A stretch of DNA of 63,510 bases, filler included, from Octopus bimaculoides (Eukaryota), in assembly GCF_001194135.2 (NCBI RefSeq). It is 7 parts of 7 records of this genome, joined end to end, with 100 filler letters (N's around TTAATTAATTAA, not from the genome) between each part and the next. Parts side by side here need not be neighbours in the genome. Positions count along the whole stretch, not along the records: positions 6,712 to 24,655 come from NC_068988.1; positions 24,756 to 40,716 come from NC_068987.1; 5 more parts are not named here. One strand, written 5' to 3'. The number at the start of each line of letters is the position of its first letter. The first letter of the stretch is position 1. The position numbers and the translations under genes were made by a program. Below the pieces are notes generated by a model. It ran no database searches. It was not told where the DNA came from and saw nothing but the letters and a program-made list of their open reading frames with translations. Positions 14,651 through 27,360 of this stretch are shown here, piece after piece.

Positions 14651-15107
14651 TTACTATATTTCTGCTGAAATACACTGCCTTCGTTTCAGTTAATTTTGAA
14701 AATAATGAAGAATTTATTAAAAATAACTTTCGCAGTTATTAAGTTAGTGTTTAGAAAATAAGTTAACATGAAATTTCAATGGAAGGATTTAACTGAGATC
14801 CACTTTACAAGAGAAAGTTCTTATCAAGGTAACAGAGGCAGGCTGATATCAAAAGGGTTAGAGGGAACAATCCCAGGTGATATGGTGGTATCAATTCTTA
14901 CTGGGTCAACTAGTAACTTGGTGAACTGAGGTAATGTTGAATAATGTGTCCTCCACCACAGAAGCATACACACACACACACACAAAGGAACAACAACCAC
15001 AAATTTGATCAGAATGACCCCAGGGCCAACTCCCCAGTGCATGATGATAAATGTAGACATATACACATGTCTCTCTTGTGGAATCTATGGAAACTAATGA
15101 CACTTAC

Positions 15108-15202
15108 CATAACATAAACATAAGCATATATAGATGCCCCATGGTGAAAGAAATAGAACACTTCTCCTATAGTTTTATAATGAACAGTCATGATTATAAG
15201 AT
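15108..15202 (-). CDS. TLCD4: TLCD4 exon (D-LIIMTVHYKTIGEVFYFFHHGASIYAYVYVM)
   Basis: Acceptor ttatttttattttcag, donor ATG|GTAAGT, 95 nt with phases 1 and 0. Contains the conserved TLC HH motif. Confidence 0.95.
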
Positions 15203-16318
15203 CTGAAAATAAAAATAAGGAAAAAACAACTCAGTAAACAATCCATGAGAAGGGAAAATAGATATAAATGAAGATTTTTAAATACAGGGGGAAAAAATAT
15301 CCCTTTAAGGACCAAAATACTCAATTTATAACAACTGGTCCTTTAGGAGCCCATGAGGGAGTTTTGCAGAGTTAATCAACCTGTTAGAAATAACAGTCAA
15401 ATCATCCTCAAATCAAACCCAATAATTTTCTAAAACAAAGGACAAAGATGCACAAACCATCATCATTGTTTTATGTCTGGTTTCCATGCTGGCATGGGTT
15501 AGATGGGTCGTTATGGTACAAGTGAGGTCCCTCTTATAATTATTGCCCTCCTGAATAGATCAGGGGATTACAATCCACTATGATCTGGTTTCTGTTGTTG
15601 GATGTTCTGACACCAACTACTTTACACTGTGTCCAAGGAAAACTTGGAGAGTGTAAACAACTTGGTAAAGTACTGGACAATGATACTCCAGTATGGCCAT
15701 GATCAATAAAATAGTAAGAATCAGATAGGAGATTAATGGTTGAGATTTGTGTTGTGTCTGCAGTCAACACATTACACTCTCAATCATATAGCATAGTCAT
15801 TTTAGCTGTAAGTAGGGACCAATGTAAGATAGCACTGTAAAAAATGTACTGCATTTTGTTGGCTTGCTGTACTGAATTCACTCCCACCCACAGAGAAAAG
15901 ACATTTGTGATAAACTAGCACAATTGCCCATTCATTTCATTGGTTTTTCAATGCTAACAAGGGTTGCTGAGAATGTTTTGGAAAGTATATGAGGCAGACT
16001 TATTTTGCAGTCAGGTGTTCTTCTTATCACTAACTCTTACTTATTTCCAAGGAAGGGAGTTTTTAATTTCACAGGTCTTTGAAAACACAAAGTAACCGGT
16101 CATAAAATCAACAAGAAATATAAATATAATTCACCATTTTTCTCAAGCATAACTATAGGATGCACACACACATGCACACATATGTGAATAGTTTCTTACA
16201 GTTTCCCTTTACAAATTTACTTACAAGGCATTGGTTGGTCCAAGGCAATAAAAGACACTTGCCCTAAGTGCTGCAGAGTGGGACTCAGCTTGAAACTATA
16301 CAGTTTAGAAATGAACTA

Positions 16319-16547
16319 AGGTAAAGGTAAAGTTACCTTCTCGAATCATGCCGATTCATAACGGCCAGTTTCCTAGTTTCCATGTATGAATTCCCCACCT
16401 GGATGGGACACTGGTCTGTCGCAGGATTACTCATTTCTGCCAGCTGTGGACTGGAACGTGAAATGCATCACCTGGTCCAGGAATCGAAACTACAGTTTTA
16501 CAATGACGAGTCCAACACCCTAACCACTAAGCCACACACCTCCACAC
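16319..16547 (-). mobile_element. tRNA-derived SINE with 12-bp target-site duplication
   Basis: AGAAATGAACTA at 16307-16318 and 16548-16559. Head GTGGAGGTGTGTGGCTTAGTGG, tail (CTTTAC)n on the minus strand. Confidence 0.85.
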
Positions 16548-17532
16548 AGAAATGAACTACAGTAAACACAGAGCAATGCCTGATCTATCCAGAGACAAAT
16601 TTGTCTTGCAGCTTCTTAATGCTAAAGTAAGTAGAAATCAATGGTAAGAACTGGTTGATTGGAGTAGAGAGAGACATGAAAGGAACAAAAAAGGGGAAGT
16701 GGGGAGATTAGATCTGAGAACACACAAAAAAAGTAGCCCATACATATTGTAAGGTGGTCGACATTAAGAAGGGCATCCAGCCATAGAAAATGTACCAAAG
16801 CTGATACTGGAGCTCAAGCACAGCTCTGTGGCTTGCCAGACTTTGTCAAGTTGTCCAACCTATATGAACATGGAAGACAGATGATGATAATGGTGATGAT
16901 GTACACCAGATTTCACATTTAAGCTGTCACAGAATAGAATTGAACAGTGACATGCTTCAGTACAGAGCCATCCAATTTATAGAAACTGACAAACATTGAA
17001 AGGGTGGCAGCAGAAATTTGTCTGAAAATTGTCAATAAGTTATTAGTTGCCACAGAAGGACAATGTCATAACAAAAATGATCAAACTCAACTTTGGCATT
17101 CAAAGTTATTCTCATTTCATGAAATGATGTTTTGAAATGTTAATATGTCTACAATTTTACATGGCTTGATCTGTTTACAAGGAGATGCCCAACATGGCAG
17201 AGTTTGTATCTCTCTCTCTCTCTCTTTCTCTCTGTATGTAATCTATCTATCTCCAAATTTATATATCCTCATAATTTTACACACACACACACAAATATAT
17301 CCTCATAATTTTACATCCACTTTGAAATGATGATTATGTGTGTGTGTGTAAACTTTATAAAGTTTGAAAAGTAGATTAAATTACTTTTGTTGCGAGAATT
17401 ACTAATATACAGGACAAATTATTGTTTTTCATTTTTATACTTACTATTTGCCACAGCAAACTATTAGATTCTAAAACAGAGAGAGAGAGGGTGGAGGGAG
17501 GAGAGAGAATGAGAGAGAGAGAGAAAGAGAAT

Positions 17533-17603
<71 letters not shown>

Positions 17604-18063
17604 CGCGCGCGTAAAAAATGTGCATAAGTTTGTTTATGTCATGCCACAGAAACACTCAGCCTCCTGCTATTTGTACAAGAAGTGTGTAAGGTCTGGCATA
17701 CGTTTGTCATCTGTAAAGTCAACAGGATTACACATCTATCCAAAGTGGTTTTTCATCAGTAAATTGAGAATAAATAACCAATGGTAGTTTGTTGTGTCTC
17801 ACTCAGCAGATCCCATATTAGACATTTTTCAAATCCTTCTTCCCCAGAAATACAACCCTCAGAAATAATTTGTTTTTCCCACTCACATTTGGTCCTCCAA
17901 ATACTGAAGCTAAACATTCAACTCTAATTGCCCCAACCTGCAAAAACCTGAAGAATTCACAAGCGTTGCTCCTCCCACCTTTGACTAGTCATAAATAAAT
18001 AAATAAATAAATAACTAAATAAATAAAACAAGAAAATCATATTCAACCAACAGGTTTACTCTG

Positions 18064-18400
18064 TTATAAAGACTAACTATTTTGGACTTGTAGGCTGGAA
18101 ACTTTTGGTGGGGGATAACAGTTTATAGATTAGATATGTTAAAATTTGCTTTCCAATTCCCCAGAAACAGCTGTTGGTCTTTATAACCTTACCTCTTCCT
18201 CTTTAATTTTCTCTGTCATTTGTACTCTGTGTAAGTTTGATCTTTTAATATAAAGATCTATATATTTATACTTAAATATTCATCACCTGAAAGTCTTCAG
18301 TCTTTGCTTTCTCTCCATTTGCATGTATACATATATACATATTTTGCATATTAAATCCAAGCTGTTATATTTAATTTGTTTAACCGTATAACTGTCTCCA
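18064..18400 (+). mobile_element. 3' terminal fragment of the Penelope-like family seen at 33.3-34.9 kb
   Basis: CCAGAAACAGCTGTTGG (hammerhead 3' half) followed by the same tail (ttaattttctctgtcatttgtactctgt...atattcatc.cctgaaagtc). No CUGANGA is present. Confidence 0.7.
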
Positions 18401-18439
18401 TGCATATATACGTGCACACACACACACACTGATGGTGCG

Positions 18440-19140
18440 ATGAATAAACTGTTGTCTACATTATGCAAAAATGAAAATAACGCTGACATCTCATTTTAAC
18501 AGATATATTTACCAAAATTACATAAAAATATCTCAAAATACTAAAGAGTATATTTATTCAATAAAATCGCCATTGGCTTCAATCACGGCCTCCAGACGAC
18601 TTCGGAATCTCCTGCAACTCTTCTGGACGATCTCCTTGTTTAAGTTGGTGAATACTGCCATAATCCTTGCCTTCGGTTCATCTTTGGTGTTACAAGGAGT
18701 TTTGTTGGTCTCTTGCTCAACTGTGCCCCCCCCCCACACACACATAATAATAATCAAGGGGGTTGCAGTCTTGGGAGTTAGGTGGCCACATCACCCCAGT
18801 CTGGGGTGATGTGGTCACAGAAATTGTCTGACAGCCATGACTGGGTTCTCCTGCTTGTGTGGCATGTTGAATAGTCCTGTTGCCAGACACAGGGTCTTCT
18901 AGCAGCCACCCTCTTGGCCCAGGACAGCACTGATGTAGGCCTCCGTGTTGAGTATGAGGCCATGTGGGGAAGATGAATGGGGACATAACGTCGCCATCCC
19001 TAGTGATCACTCTAAACACCATGAGGTTGACTGGATGTTTGATTTCTATCACTCTCGGTACATGTCCTCATATTGCACTGTCCTCAGGTTGACACCCAAA
19101 CACTCTGAAGTGTTTGTATTGGAGCTTCCAGCGTGAATAC
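18440..19140 (-). mobile_element. Tc1/mariner (maT/DD37D-like) transposase remnant, frameshifted
   Basis: KHPVNLMVFRVITRDGDVMSPFIFP, RVAARRPCVWQQDYSTCHTSRRTQSWLSDNF and WPPNSQDCNPLDYY...EANGDFIE fall across different frames. Confidence 0.85.
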
Positions 19141-19259
19141 CAAGCAGTACATAATTCCTTGTAGGGGTATTAACAGACAGTTACAATCAAAAGTGTGGTA
19201 GATGTAAATTCAAAGACCCTAAAAAATTCTGAATCAAGTGTAAAGTCACAAACTTTACA

Positions 19260-21180
19260 GGAAGAAACCTGATTTTTTATTGTCCCTTATTCAATTGACT
19301 CTAAGAAGGATACAAAGGCAACTTTGACAGGATTTAAACCCAGATTATAAAGGGATTTTATTATTCACCATAAAAACATTTTGTCTAACACATTATATTT
19401 CTACATGTCCAATAATAATTTATTCTAAGTTAAGCATAAGGTCAGAAATAAGAGGAAGCAGTAAATTAAATCAACTCCAGATGTTAAGAAGTGAAGTAAA
19501 TCTTCTTGGGATGTAAACTTAGAATGTAAAAACAGATAACTAAATACAAGGCATTTCGTCTGACCCTTTAATCCATCAACCTCCGATAAGAATTATTTCT
19601 CTCAAAGGTTTGAGATCAGAATTTAAAGGAAGAAGCATAATCAGTGAAATCAGTTCCAGTCTTCATTGGTACTTTTATATTGGTCTCAAATTTTGGCACA
19701 AAGCCAGCAAGTTCAGGGTATTGGAATAAATCATTTACATCAACCCCAGTGTTCAACTGGTATTATTTTATTGACCCCTGAAAGGATGAAAGGCAAAGTC
19801 AACCGCAGAGGCATTTGAATTCAGAATGGGAAGTTGGACGAAATACCACTAAGTATTTTGCCCCACATTCTAATAATTCTGCAAGCTCACTGCTTTTCAT
19901 TGGTCCTTTTATATTAACCCCAGTAATTGACTGGTACTTTATTCCATTGGCTCTCAAATGAGGAAAGACAAAGTTGACCTCAGTGCGAACTCAGAACATA
20001 AAAGGTTGTGATTAAATACGGAAAGGCATTTTGCCTAATACTTTAAAGACTGTACCAATTCACTACCCTATTAATCTTTCTACACCAGGCATAATGCCTA
20101 AAATGTTTAGAAGAGGGGGCTAGTTGATTACATCAACCCTAGTGCACAACTGTTACTTATTTCATGGACCCTGAAAGTATGAAAGGACGTTAAACGATGA
20201 TGATGATGATCATGATGATGAATATAAAGATGGACGAAATGCTGCGAAGCATTTTCCCCAGTATACTAACAGTTCTGCTAACATGCTGCCTTCCACTACC
20301 TTATTTATAATAATGATAATAGTTTCTAGCACAGGTGCAAAGTTTGAAATTTTGGAGAACGGGTTAATCAATACCATCAATCCCAGATTTGAACAGGTGT
20401 GTTATTTTATCCAAAAGGATCAAAAGAATCAAAGGCAAACTTAACTTTGGTGGAACTTAAACTCTGCTTAGAGAATAAAAGACTGGAACAAATAATGCAA
20501 AGCATTTCGCATGAAATTCTAATGATTCTACTAATTCTGCCATCCTAATAATAATAATTGTTTTGAATAAGGCTAGCAATTTGTATAGAGGGGTCAGTTG
20601 ATTAGAATACAGTACTTATAGCCACTTCATCGGATGAAGAGCGCGGAGAGGGAAACGAGGCACTTGGCTTGAGAAGATCTCGAAGCGTAAGGCGCCCGCC
20701 TGGTTGGATGGCGGACTTCGAAGTGGAGTAGGGGCGGACGTGATCTTTAAGATCAGGGTGGCGTGTGGTATGACGTCAGCGACTGGGGAGCTGACCGGAA
20801 GAGGAAGAAGGGCAGAGGGAGCTTCGATTGGGATTTCATGCCCTTTTCGAACGGGGTCGTTGTGAGGATAGGATGTGCCAAGCGATCGTCTAGGTGTTGG
20901 GAGAAGCAGCTGCTATTTCTAGTGTTCTTCGGGTCGGGCCAGCCGTGAAGATCGGATACCGCAGGACAGACTTGTGCAAAGGAAGGAAACCGAGGTAAGC
21001 TGATTACTTCTACTCGCACGCATACACCACAGAATGGTAATTTGTTTTATCAACCTTGGATGGATGAAAGGTAAAGTTAACCTTGATGAGATTTGAACTC
21101 AGAATGTACAAAGCCGTAGCTAAATACACCAAGGCATTTTTTTCTGATGCTTTAATGATTCTGCCAATCCACTGTCTCAC
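19260..21180 (-). repeat. Head-to-tail train of about 8 decayed copies of one SINE family
   Basis: Repeated ttttattgaccc...ggatgaaaggcaaagt..acc...atttgaactcagaa units, all in the same orientation. Confidence 0.7.
20621..21020. other. GC/CpG-rich island of unknown origin
   Basis: 204 of 360 nt are G or C over 20641-21000 (hand count, 57%) within AT-rich flanks. Contains GGGGCGG, TGACGTCA, ACCGGAAG and a GAG|GTAAGC donor-like site. Confidence 0.85.
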
Positions 21181-22860
21181 CTAATAATAATTTCTTACTT
21201 TAGTAGAAGGTTACAAATTTTTTTGAATAATGGTTAGGTACAGCCATGACTAGATGCATGCATAGCTAGGAGTGGGCATGGTCATGTGGTTGAGAAGTTT
21301 GCTTCCCAACCACATGGTTCCTGGTTCAGTCCCACTGCATAGCACCTTAGGTAAGTATCTTCTACTGTAGTATCAAGTTGAGGAAAGCTTTGTGCATGGG
21401 TTTGGTAAATGGAAACTGAAGAAGCACATCATTTGTGTGTCTGTGTTTCCCTCACGTTTGCTGGTTTAAAAACTGTGGTTTCCTTCCAGTGTTGCTGGCT
21501 CACAGTCCACTGAGAAAGGATATCCAAAATTCTTGACATACATTAACATAAGTTGATTGATTTTTGTAAATAAACAGTTCCTTAAATGGTGCTATTTTGT
21601 TTCCAGTTTATAATCCCAAAACGTCAGGACTGTTTGTTGTTCAATAGACAGGGAGATTATTGCCTCATTTGAAAACAAGTTGGAGTTAGCAACAGGAAGG
21701 GCATAGAGCCATAGGAAAAAAAACTGTCTCAACATACTCTCATCTGACCCATGCAAGCATTGAAAAGTAGACGTTAAAAGGATGGTGATAATGAAAGTGA
21801 TTATGTTAAATATAGTGTAGGCAAGTGTATATGCTGTAGTTTCTAACGGGTATTTTATTTTATCAAAATTGAAGAGAAAGGAAGCAAATTTGGGCTTGGT
21901 TGAATTTCTAACTCGGAAACTAGACACTCGAAAGATATTTAGTAGATTATTCTACTGTCCCACTCCTTTACATTAATAAAAATTTTAGTGTGAACTTTTA
22001 AGCTGTTCAGATAAAAGGTTTCTTTTCTCCCCACCCAGCTCTGATTTCATTCAAACAAGCAGTAATGAAATATAATGCAAATGAAAGGTATCTTAAAAGC
22101 TTGTTTTTGTTGTAGCAAATGGGAGTTTAAATAAGTGTATGCATTTGTGCATGATTGTGTGTTTGTGTGAGTGTGTGCAATTACATGGATACAGGCACAT
22201 TTTTGCAGTCATGAAGTCTGGGATTCCATCCCACAGTATGGCATCTTCAACAAGGATATTTCACTATTGCCTTGTAACTGAAATTAGGTAGATGGAAACT
22301 GTAAGGAAGCTCATTGGGTAAACTATGTCTATAATTAAAAGGGCCACACATTCTGTCACACTGATTCTACCTGGGAATTACATTAACCTTTTTGTTGCCA
22401 TATTTCTGTTGAAATCAAGTTTGAAAATGATGAAGAATAACTTTGTCAATTCTAAACTAGTCTTTGGAACATAAACTAATAAAAAACTTTTCGTGGAAGG
22501 TTTTCAGTTAGATTGCTTGACCCATTAGCATTTAAACCAGCTGTATCCAGCCTAAATAGTTTACATGTTTCATGTCCAAACTGACCAGATCTAGCCTTTT
22601 ACATCTATCCTATAATGTCATCCTAAAAATTAACAATCACATCATTGAAATTTCTAAGTTACAAGATCATGCATGATTAATTCAAAACAATGTGAAGAAA
22701 CAAGCATTGCATTTGACAGAGTAATTTGAATGCTAAAAAGTTATACCTTTTCATTACAATATTTCTAATTAAATACATTGCTTTCATGTCAATTAATTTT
22801 AAAAATAACAAAGAATTCAGTAAAATAACTGTCGTTTTTTAAACTGGTATTTAGAACATC

Positions 22861-23253
22861 GTTGTTGTTGTTGTTGGCACTCCGTCGCTTACGACGTCGA
22901 GGGTTCCAGTTGATCTGATCAACAGAACAGCCTGCTCGTGAAATTAACGTGCAAGTGGCTGAGCACTCCACAGACACGTGTACCCTTAACGTAGTTCTCG
23001 GGGAGATTCAGCGTGACACAGTGTGACAAGGCTGACCCTTTGAATTACAGGCACAACAGAAACAGGAAGTAAGAGTGAGAGAAAGTTGTGGTGGAAGAGT
23101 ATAGCAGGGTTTGCCACCATCACCTGCCGGAGCCTCGTGGAGCTTTAGGTGTTTTTGTTCAATAAACACTCACAACGCCCAGTCTGGGAATCGAAACCGC
23201 GATCCTATAACCGCGAGTCCGCTGCCCTAACCACTGGGCCATTGCGCCTCCAC
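22861..23253 (-). mobile_element. Young full-length tRNA-derived SINE with 12-bp TSD, nested in an older repeat
   Basis: ATTTAGAACATC at 22849-22860 and 23254-23265. Box A TGGCCCAGTGG, box B GGTTTCGATTCCC, (AAC)n tail and many intact CpGs. Confidence 0.9.
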
Positions 23254-23894
23254 ATTTAGAACATCACTTAGCATGAAATCAAATCACTTAAACTTTTCCG
23301 TTACCATATTTCTAATTAAAACCACTGCCTTCATTGCAAGTAATTTTTAAAATAATGAAGAATTTAGTAAAATAACAGATACTATTAAGTTGGTATTTGG
23401 AAAATGAATTAACATAAAATTTTGATATAACTTTGTAGCATTTCTTGCATTCTGAGTTCAAATATGGCTGTGGTTAACTTTGCTTTTCATCCTTTTCAGG
23501 CCAACAAAATAAGTGCCTGTTGAGCATTGGGGTTAATGTAATCGACTAACTGTCCCCTAAATTACAGTGCCAAAACCTGAAACAATCTTATTATTAGCAC
23601 TTATTACATAAAAATACTGAATCAGCGGATTGCATTGTTTCACCATATTGTTTGTAATAATATCTTTTAATTCCCATTCTGGGCCATAGTACACTTTTTT
23701 TTCTTTTTAATTGTAGTAAGGGCATCATGAGGTTATTACATTAAAATTTCAGTGTTCGCTTTCTTTCTCAATGATTCTTCATCTTCAATAAATTTAAAAT
23801 TCTGTTTGGTTCATCACATATAAATCCACATTTATGTGTGCATATATATTCATGCGTGGCTGTATGTGCAAGTGTGAGTGCCTGTGTATACGTG

Positions 23895-23936
<42 letters not shown>

Positions 23937-23944
23937 ATACATAC

Positions 23945-24003
23945 CAGCAACCATGTAGCCAACCACAATGGCACAACTAGTCCTCACCACTGGAGCATCC
24001 CAC
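23945..24003 (-). CDS. TLCD4: TLCD4 exon (WDAPVVRTSCAIVVGYMVA-D)
   Basis: Acceptor ccttctcttttctctctcag, donor G|GTATGT, 59 nt with phases 2 and 1 that fit the next exon. Upstream exons were not found before the scaffold end. Confidence 0.92.
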
Positions 24004-24344
24004 CTGAGAGAGAAAAGAGAAGGATGTTACAGTTAGGGTGGTAATGATGATGATGAAGATGTTGAAGAGGATAATGATAGCGGTGGTGGTGTTGGTTTGG
24101 GAGCAGGCAATAGTAGGGCTTTCAGTGGTGGTGATGACAATGATATTTCTATACAAATGAGCCACAATGGCTATGAGGTTCAGAAGCTGGCCTATTGAAC
24201 AGATGATCATAAATTCAGCTCTTACTACAGCAATTGTGTTGTGTTGTGTCTACATGTGCTCCAATTCTGACAAAAAGGGAAAGAAGAAAAAGGGCTCCAC
24301 CTAATATTTTTTTTAATAGTTCAATAGTTAGTGCTAAGAAGGGA

Positions 24345-24655
24345 GATCAACCTTCAGTTATAGGAAGTGGGTGGATCAAGTGTAGTTTACTGATAGGAAG
24401 TGGGTGGATCAATTGCAGTTCACTGGTAGGAAGGAATGGAGATCAACCATAGTTCACAGGTAGGAATGGAGATCAACTGTAGTTTAGTGGCAGGAAGGAG
24501 GATCAGCTGTAGTTTAGTGGCAGGAAGGAGGATCAACTGTAGTTTAGTGGCAGGAAGGAGGATCAACTGTAGTTTAGTGGCAGGAAGGAGGATCAGCTGT
24601 AGTTTAGTGGCAGGAAGGAGGATCAACTGTAGTTTAGTGGCAGGAAGGAGGATCA
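24345..24655. repeat. 30-bp minisatellite GATCA(A/G)CTGTAGTTTAGTGGCAGGAAGGAG
   Basis: GATC at 24345, 24374, 24407, 24441, then every 30 nt from 24471 to 24651. Confidence 0.95.
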
Positions 24656-24755
24656 NNNNNNNNNNNNNNNNNNNNNNNNNNNNNNNNNNNNNNNNNNNNT
24701 TAATTAATTAANNNNNNNNNNNNNNNNNNNNNNNNNNNNNNNNNNNNNNNNNNNN
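24656..24755. other. Artificial scaffold spacer
   Basis: TTAATTAATTAA at 24700-24711 with 44 N on each side. Confidence 0.95.
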
Positions 24756-24798
<43 letters not shown>

Positions 24799-25299
24799 AT
24801 ATCTGTCACTGTAACAGATTTTTAGATATTTAAATTAACTGAAAATTTTCAAATTTGGTGTATTGGTGTACTTTTTCACGCTGAATCCGGGTTTGTGATT
24901 CATTTATTCCAAAAAAAAATTAGAAAAATGTTATAGGGGCATAAAGTTTAACTATTTTCTCCCCCAATCAGAAAACAGGATTCGTGCGTAATAGTTGTCA
25001 TAAAATGGAAGTAAACATTAGAAGAAGAGGTTTTAGACAAACTGAAAGCTATGCGTATACAAAGTAAGTGGGAACAATATGTGAGAAAATTAGTTCGAGT
25101 GCACATGCAGTTACTTTGTTAGTGGCTCAGAAATTGTTTTTTGCAGAGCTGCTATCCAATACAACAGTAATTATGAAAGCATATCAGATATACACAAGTG
25201 AAAATTACCTACATTCCCATAATACAAAAATTGATATCTGAAAATCCCTTCGAATTAATTTCGATATTAAATAATAAGCTTAGAATATAATCACTCTAT

Positions 25300-26250
25300 A
25301 ACAATGCCTTTTCTGGACAGCCTTACTATATGCCTTCAGGTCTACCCATAGAGACAGCCAAAAATGATTATATTCTTTCCCCAATAAAATTAGATGTGTA
25401 TATCTAAAACATATAATACATTAATGATTAACTAAAAGGAAAAAGGAAAGCAACTAAAACGAAATTACCAAAAAAAGCAGAAAGCAAGTAAGGCTGAAAG
25501 AAAAAAAAATGATAATAAAAATAAAACTTACTTAAGTGCAATAGCATATTAAAAATAACTTTATTAATTAAATATTAATGTTAAAAAACTAAATTGTAGA
25601 ATATAAGCACTTTTGACCAATGCCTTTTCTGAACAACGTTACCACATGACTTCAGTACTGCCCATAGAAACACAGCCAGAAATGTTTATATTCTATCAAG
25701 TGAATTTGGAATTTTAAAGAAAATAAAGATAAAATAACGTTAATTTTTATACAAATTTATTTTCTTGCAATTATTAATAGATTATATGCATTTTTATAAG
25801 CAAAAATTATTGATCTCATAACAAGGAACAACAACTACAATATAATCATCTTGAATTTGCAACATGGCTCACCAAACGATAACAAACTGCAAGACCCCGA
25901 AACTTTCATTGACTAGGCTCACTTTAAGTCACATAGATCTTAAGTTGATGAAAATAATAATAATTGTTGCTAATTGAAATGAAAAATAAACACTTGTGTT
26001 ATGTAATGAATTTAATTTAATTAACAATGGTCAATGACATATTTATTAAAGCATATGTAAATAACTTCAATGCTAATAAATTTTAAATTAGAATTAAAAG
26101 TAATATGAAATATAATCACTTAAAACTGCACCTTTTCTGAACAGCCTTACTACATGATTCAGTACTGCTCATAGAGACACAGTCACAAGTGGTTATATTT
26201 TATTGAATAATTTAGGTTGCTTAAAACATAACTTAATATGAAGTTATTTA
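25300..26250. repeat. Three diverged copies of an approximately 80-bp motif (CCTTTTCTG.ACA.C.TTAC.A.ATG...CCATAGA.ACA)
   Basis: Copies start at about 25303, 25620 and 26131. Confidence 0.75.
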
Positions 26251-26472
26251 TAAAAGCAAGTAATCCCCTCAACCCACATTCCCCAAACCCTTCATTGGAA
26301 AGCTGAAAAATTGGATTATTAAACAACCTTGCTTACTTTATTTTAAAATTGTAGTATTAAGAATCCCAATATGAAAGTAGATCGATTGTCAATGAAATTA
26401 TGAATGTGAAAGATTTATGAGTGTGTAATTTTTAATTTTTAATTGATATGTAAAAACAATAAAAAAAATTAC

Positions 26473-27060
26473 TTTAATGGGACCTAAACTATGAAATTCT
26501 TCGCGGTGTCGTTGATAATTCCTTCCTTACCTCAATGATGCCGGTGACATATATTAAAAGTCTCCTTATAGAATTATATACATCAAAATGTATAGAACTA
26601 TATTTCACCCACAATTTGAGAAACATACACTCATAACTTTTCGTTTTAGAACTTCATTGCATGAGATTGTTAACTGATACACAAAAACAATGGAAAAGTA
26701 TTTCATTTAATGGGACCAAAACTATGAAATTCCTCGCGGTGTCGTTGATAATTTTTTTCGTTACCTCAGTGATCCCGGTGACATATATTAAAAGTCTTTT
26801 TTATAAAACCATATTCATAAAAAGTATAGAACTATACTATCACCCTCAAATTTGAGAAACAAACACTCATAACTTTTTTCTTTTAGAACTTCATTGCGTG
26901 AGAATTGAGTTCTATCATTTAAGCTTAATTAAAATATAGTTTGTTAATTATACTTGGATCCAATTTTTTGCCTTATATTTTCTTCAAGATATTTTACCTC
27001 ACAACTCTTTTTATACAAATTTTTGTTGCATGGGACCAAAACTATAAAATTCTCCATGCT
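26473..27060. repeat. Tandem duplication with 234-bp period plus a partial third copy
   Basis: tttaatgggacc.aaactatgaaatt...ttcattgc.tgaga at 26473 and 26707. The unit start recurs at about 27030. Confidence 0.85.
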
Positions 27061-27360
27061 TGCTTTTATCATTGAAGCTAAGATAAATATATTTTGCTTT
27101 GAAAATAAAAAAGTTATTTAGATCTAAATTTGATTGGTGGCGTTACTTACTCTCCTATAATGTTGCTACAAATTTTGATGTAAACTTCTTTTTTCTACTG
27201 GACCAAATCTTAATTTTCTTATGCTAAAATGTAGCTAGGGACCAGTCTTCTTCAAAAATGTTAACAGTTTTTAATTTAGTTAAGAACTGAATTAGCGACA
27301 AGCTCTGAAAGATGCCGTGTGTGAGTAAATTGCTGCCTTAAGAATACCATAGTTGAATGA

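Noticed and set aside
21592-21927. 111-aa hydrophobic ORF as a possible TLCD4 N-terminus
   Set aside because: It lies downstream of the 24003-23945 exon in transcript order and has no TLC similarity or fitting splice phases.
23180-23253. tRNA gene (also the other box A/B sites)
   Set aside because: The tRNA-like part continues into a SINE body with tail and TSD, and no complete cloverleaf is evident.
24345-24655. CRISPR-like array (also 39582-39680)
   Set aside because: Units are directly adjacent with no unique spacers, there are no cas genes, and the context is eukaryotic.
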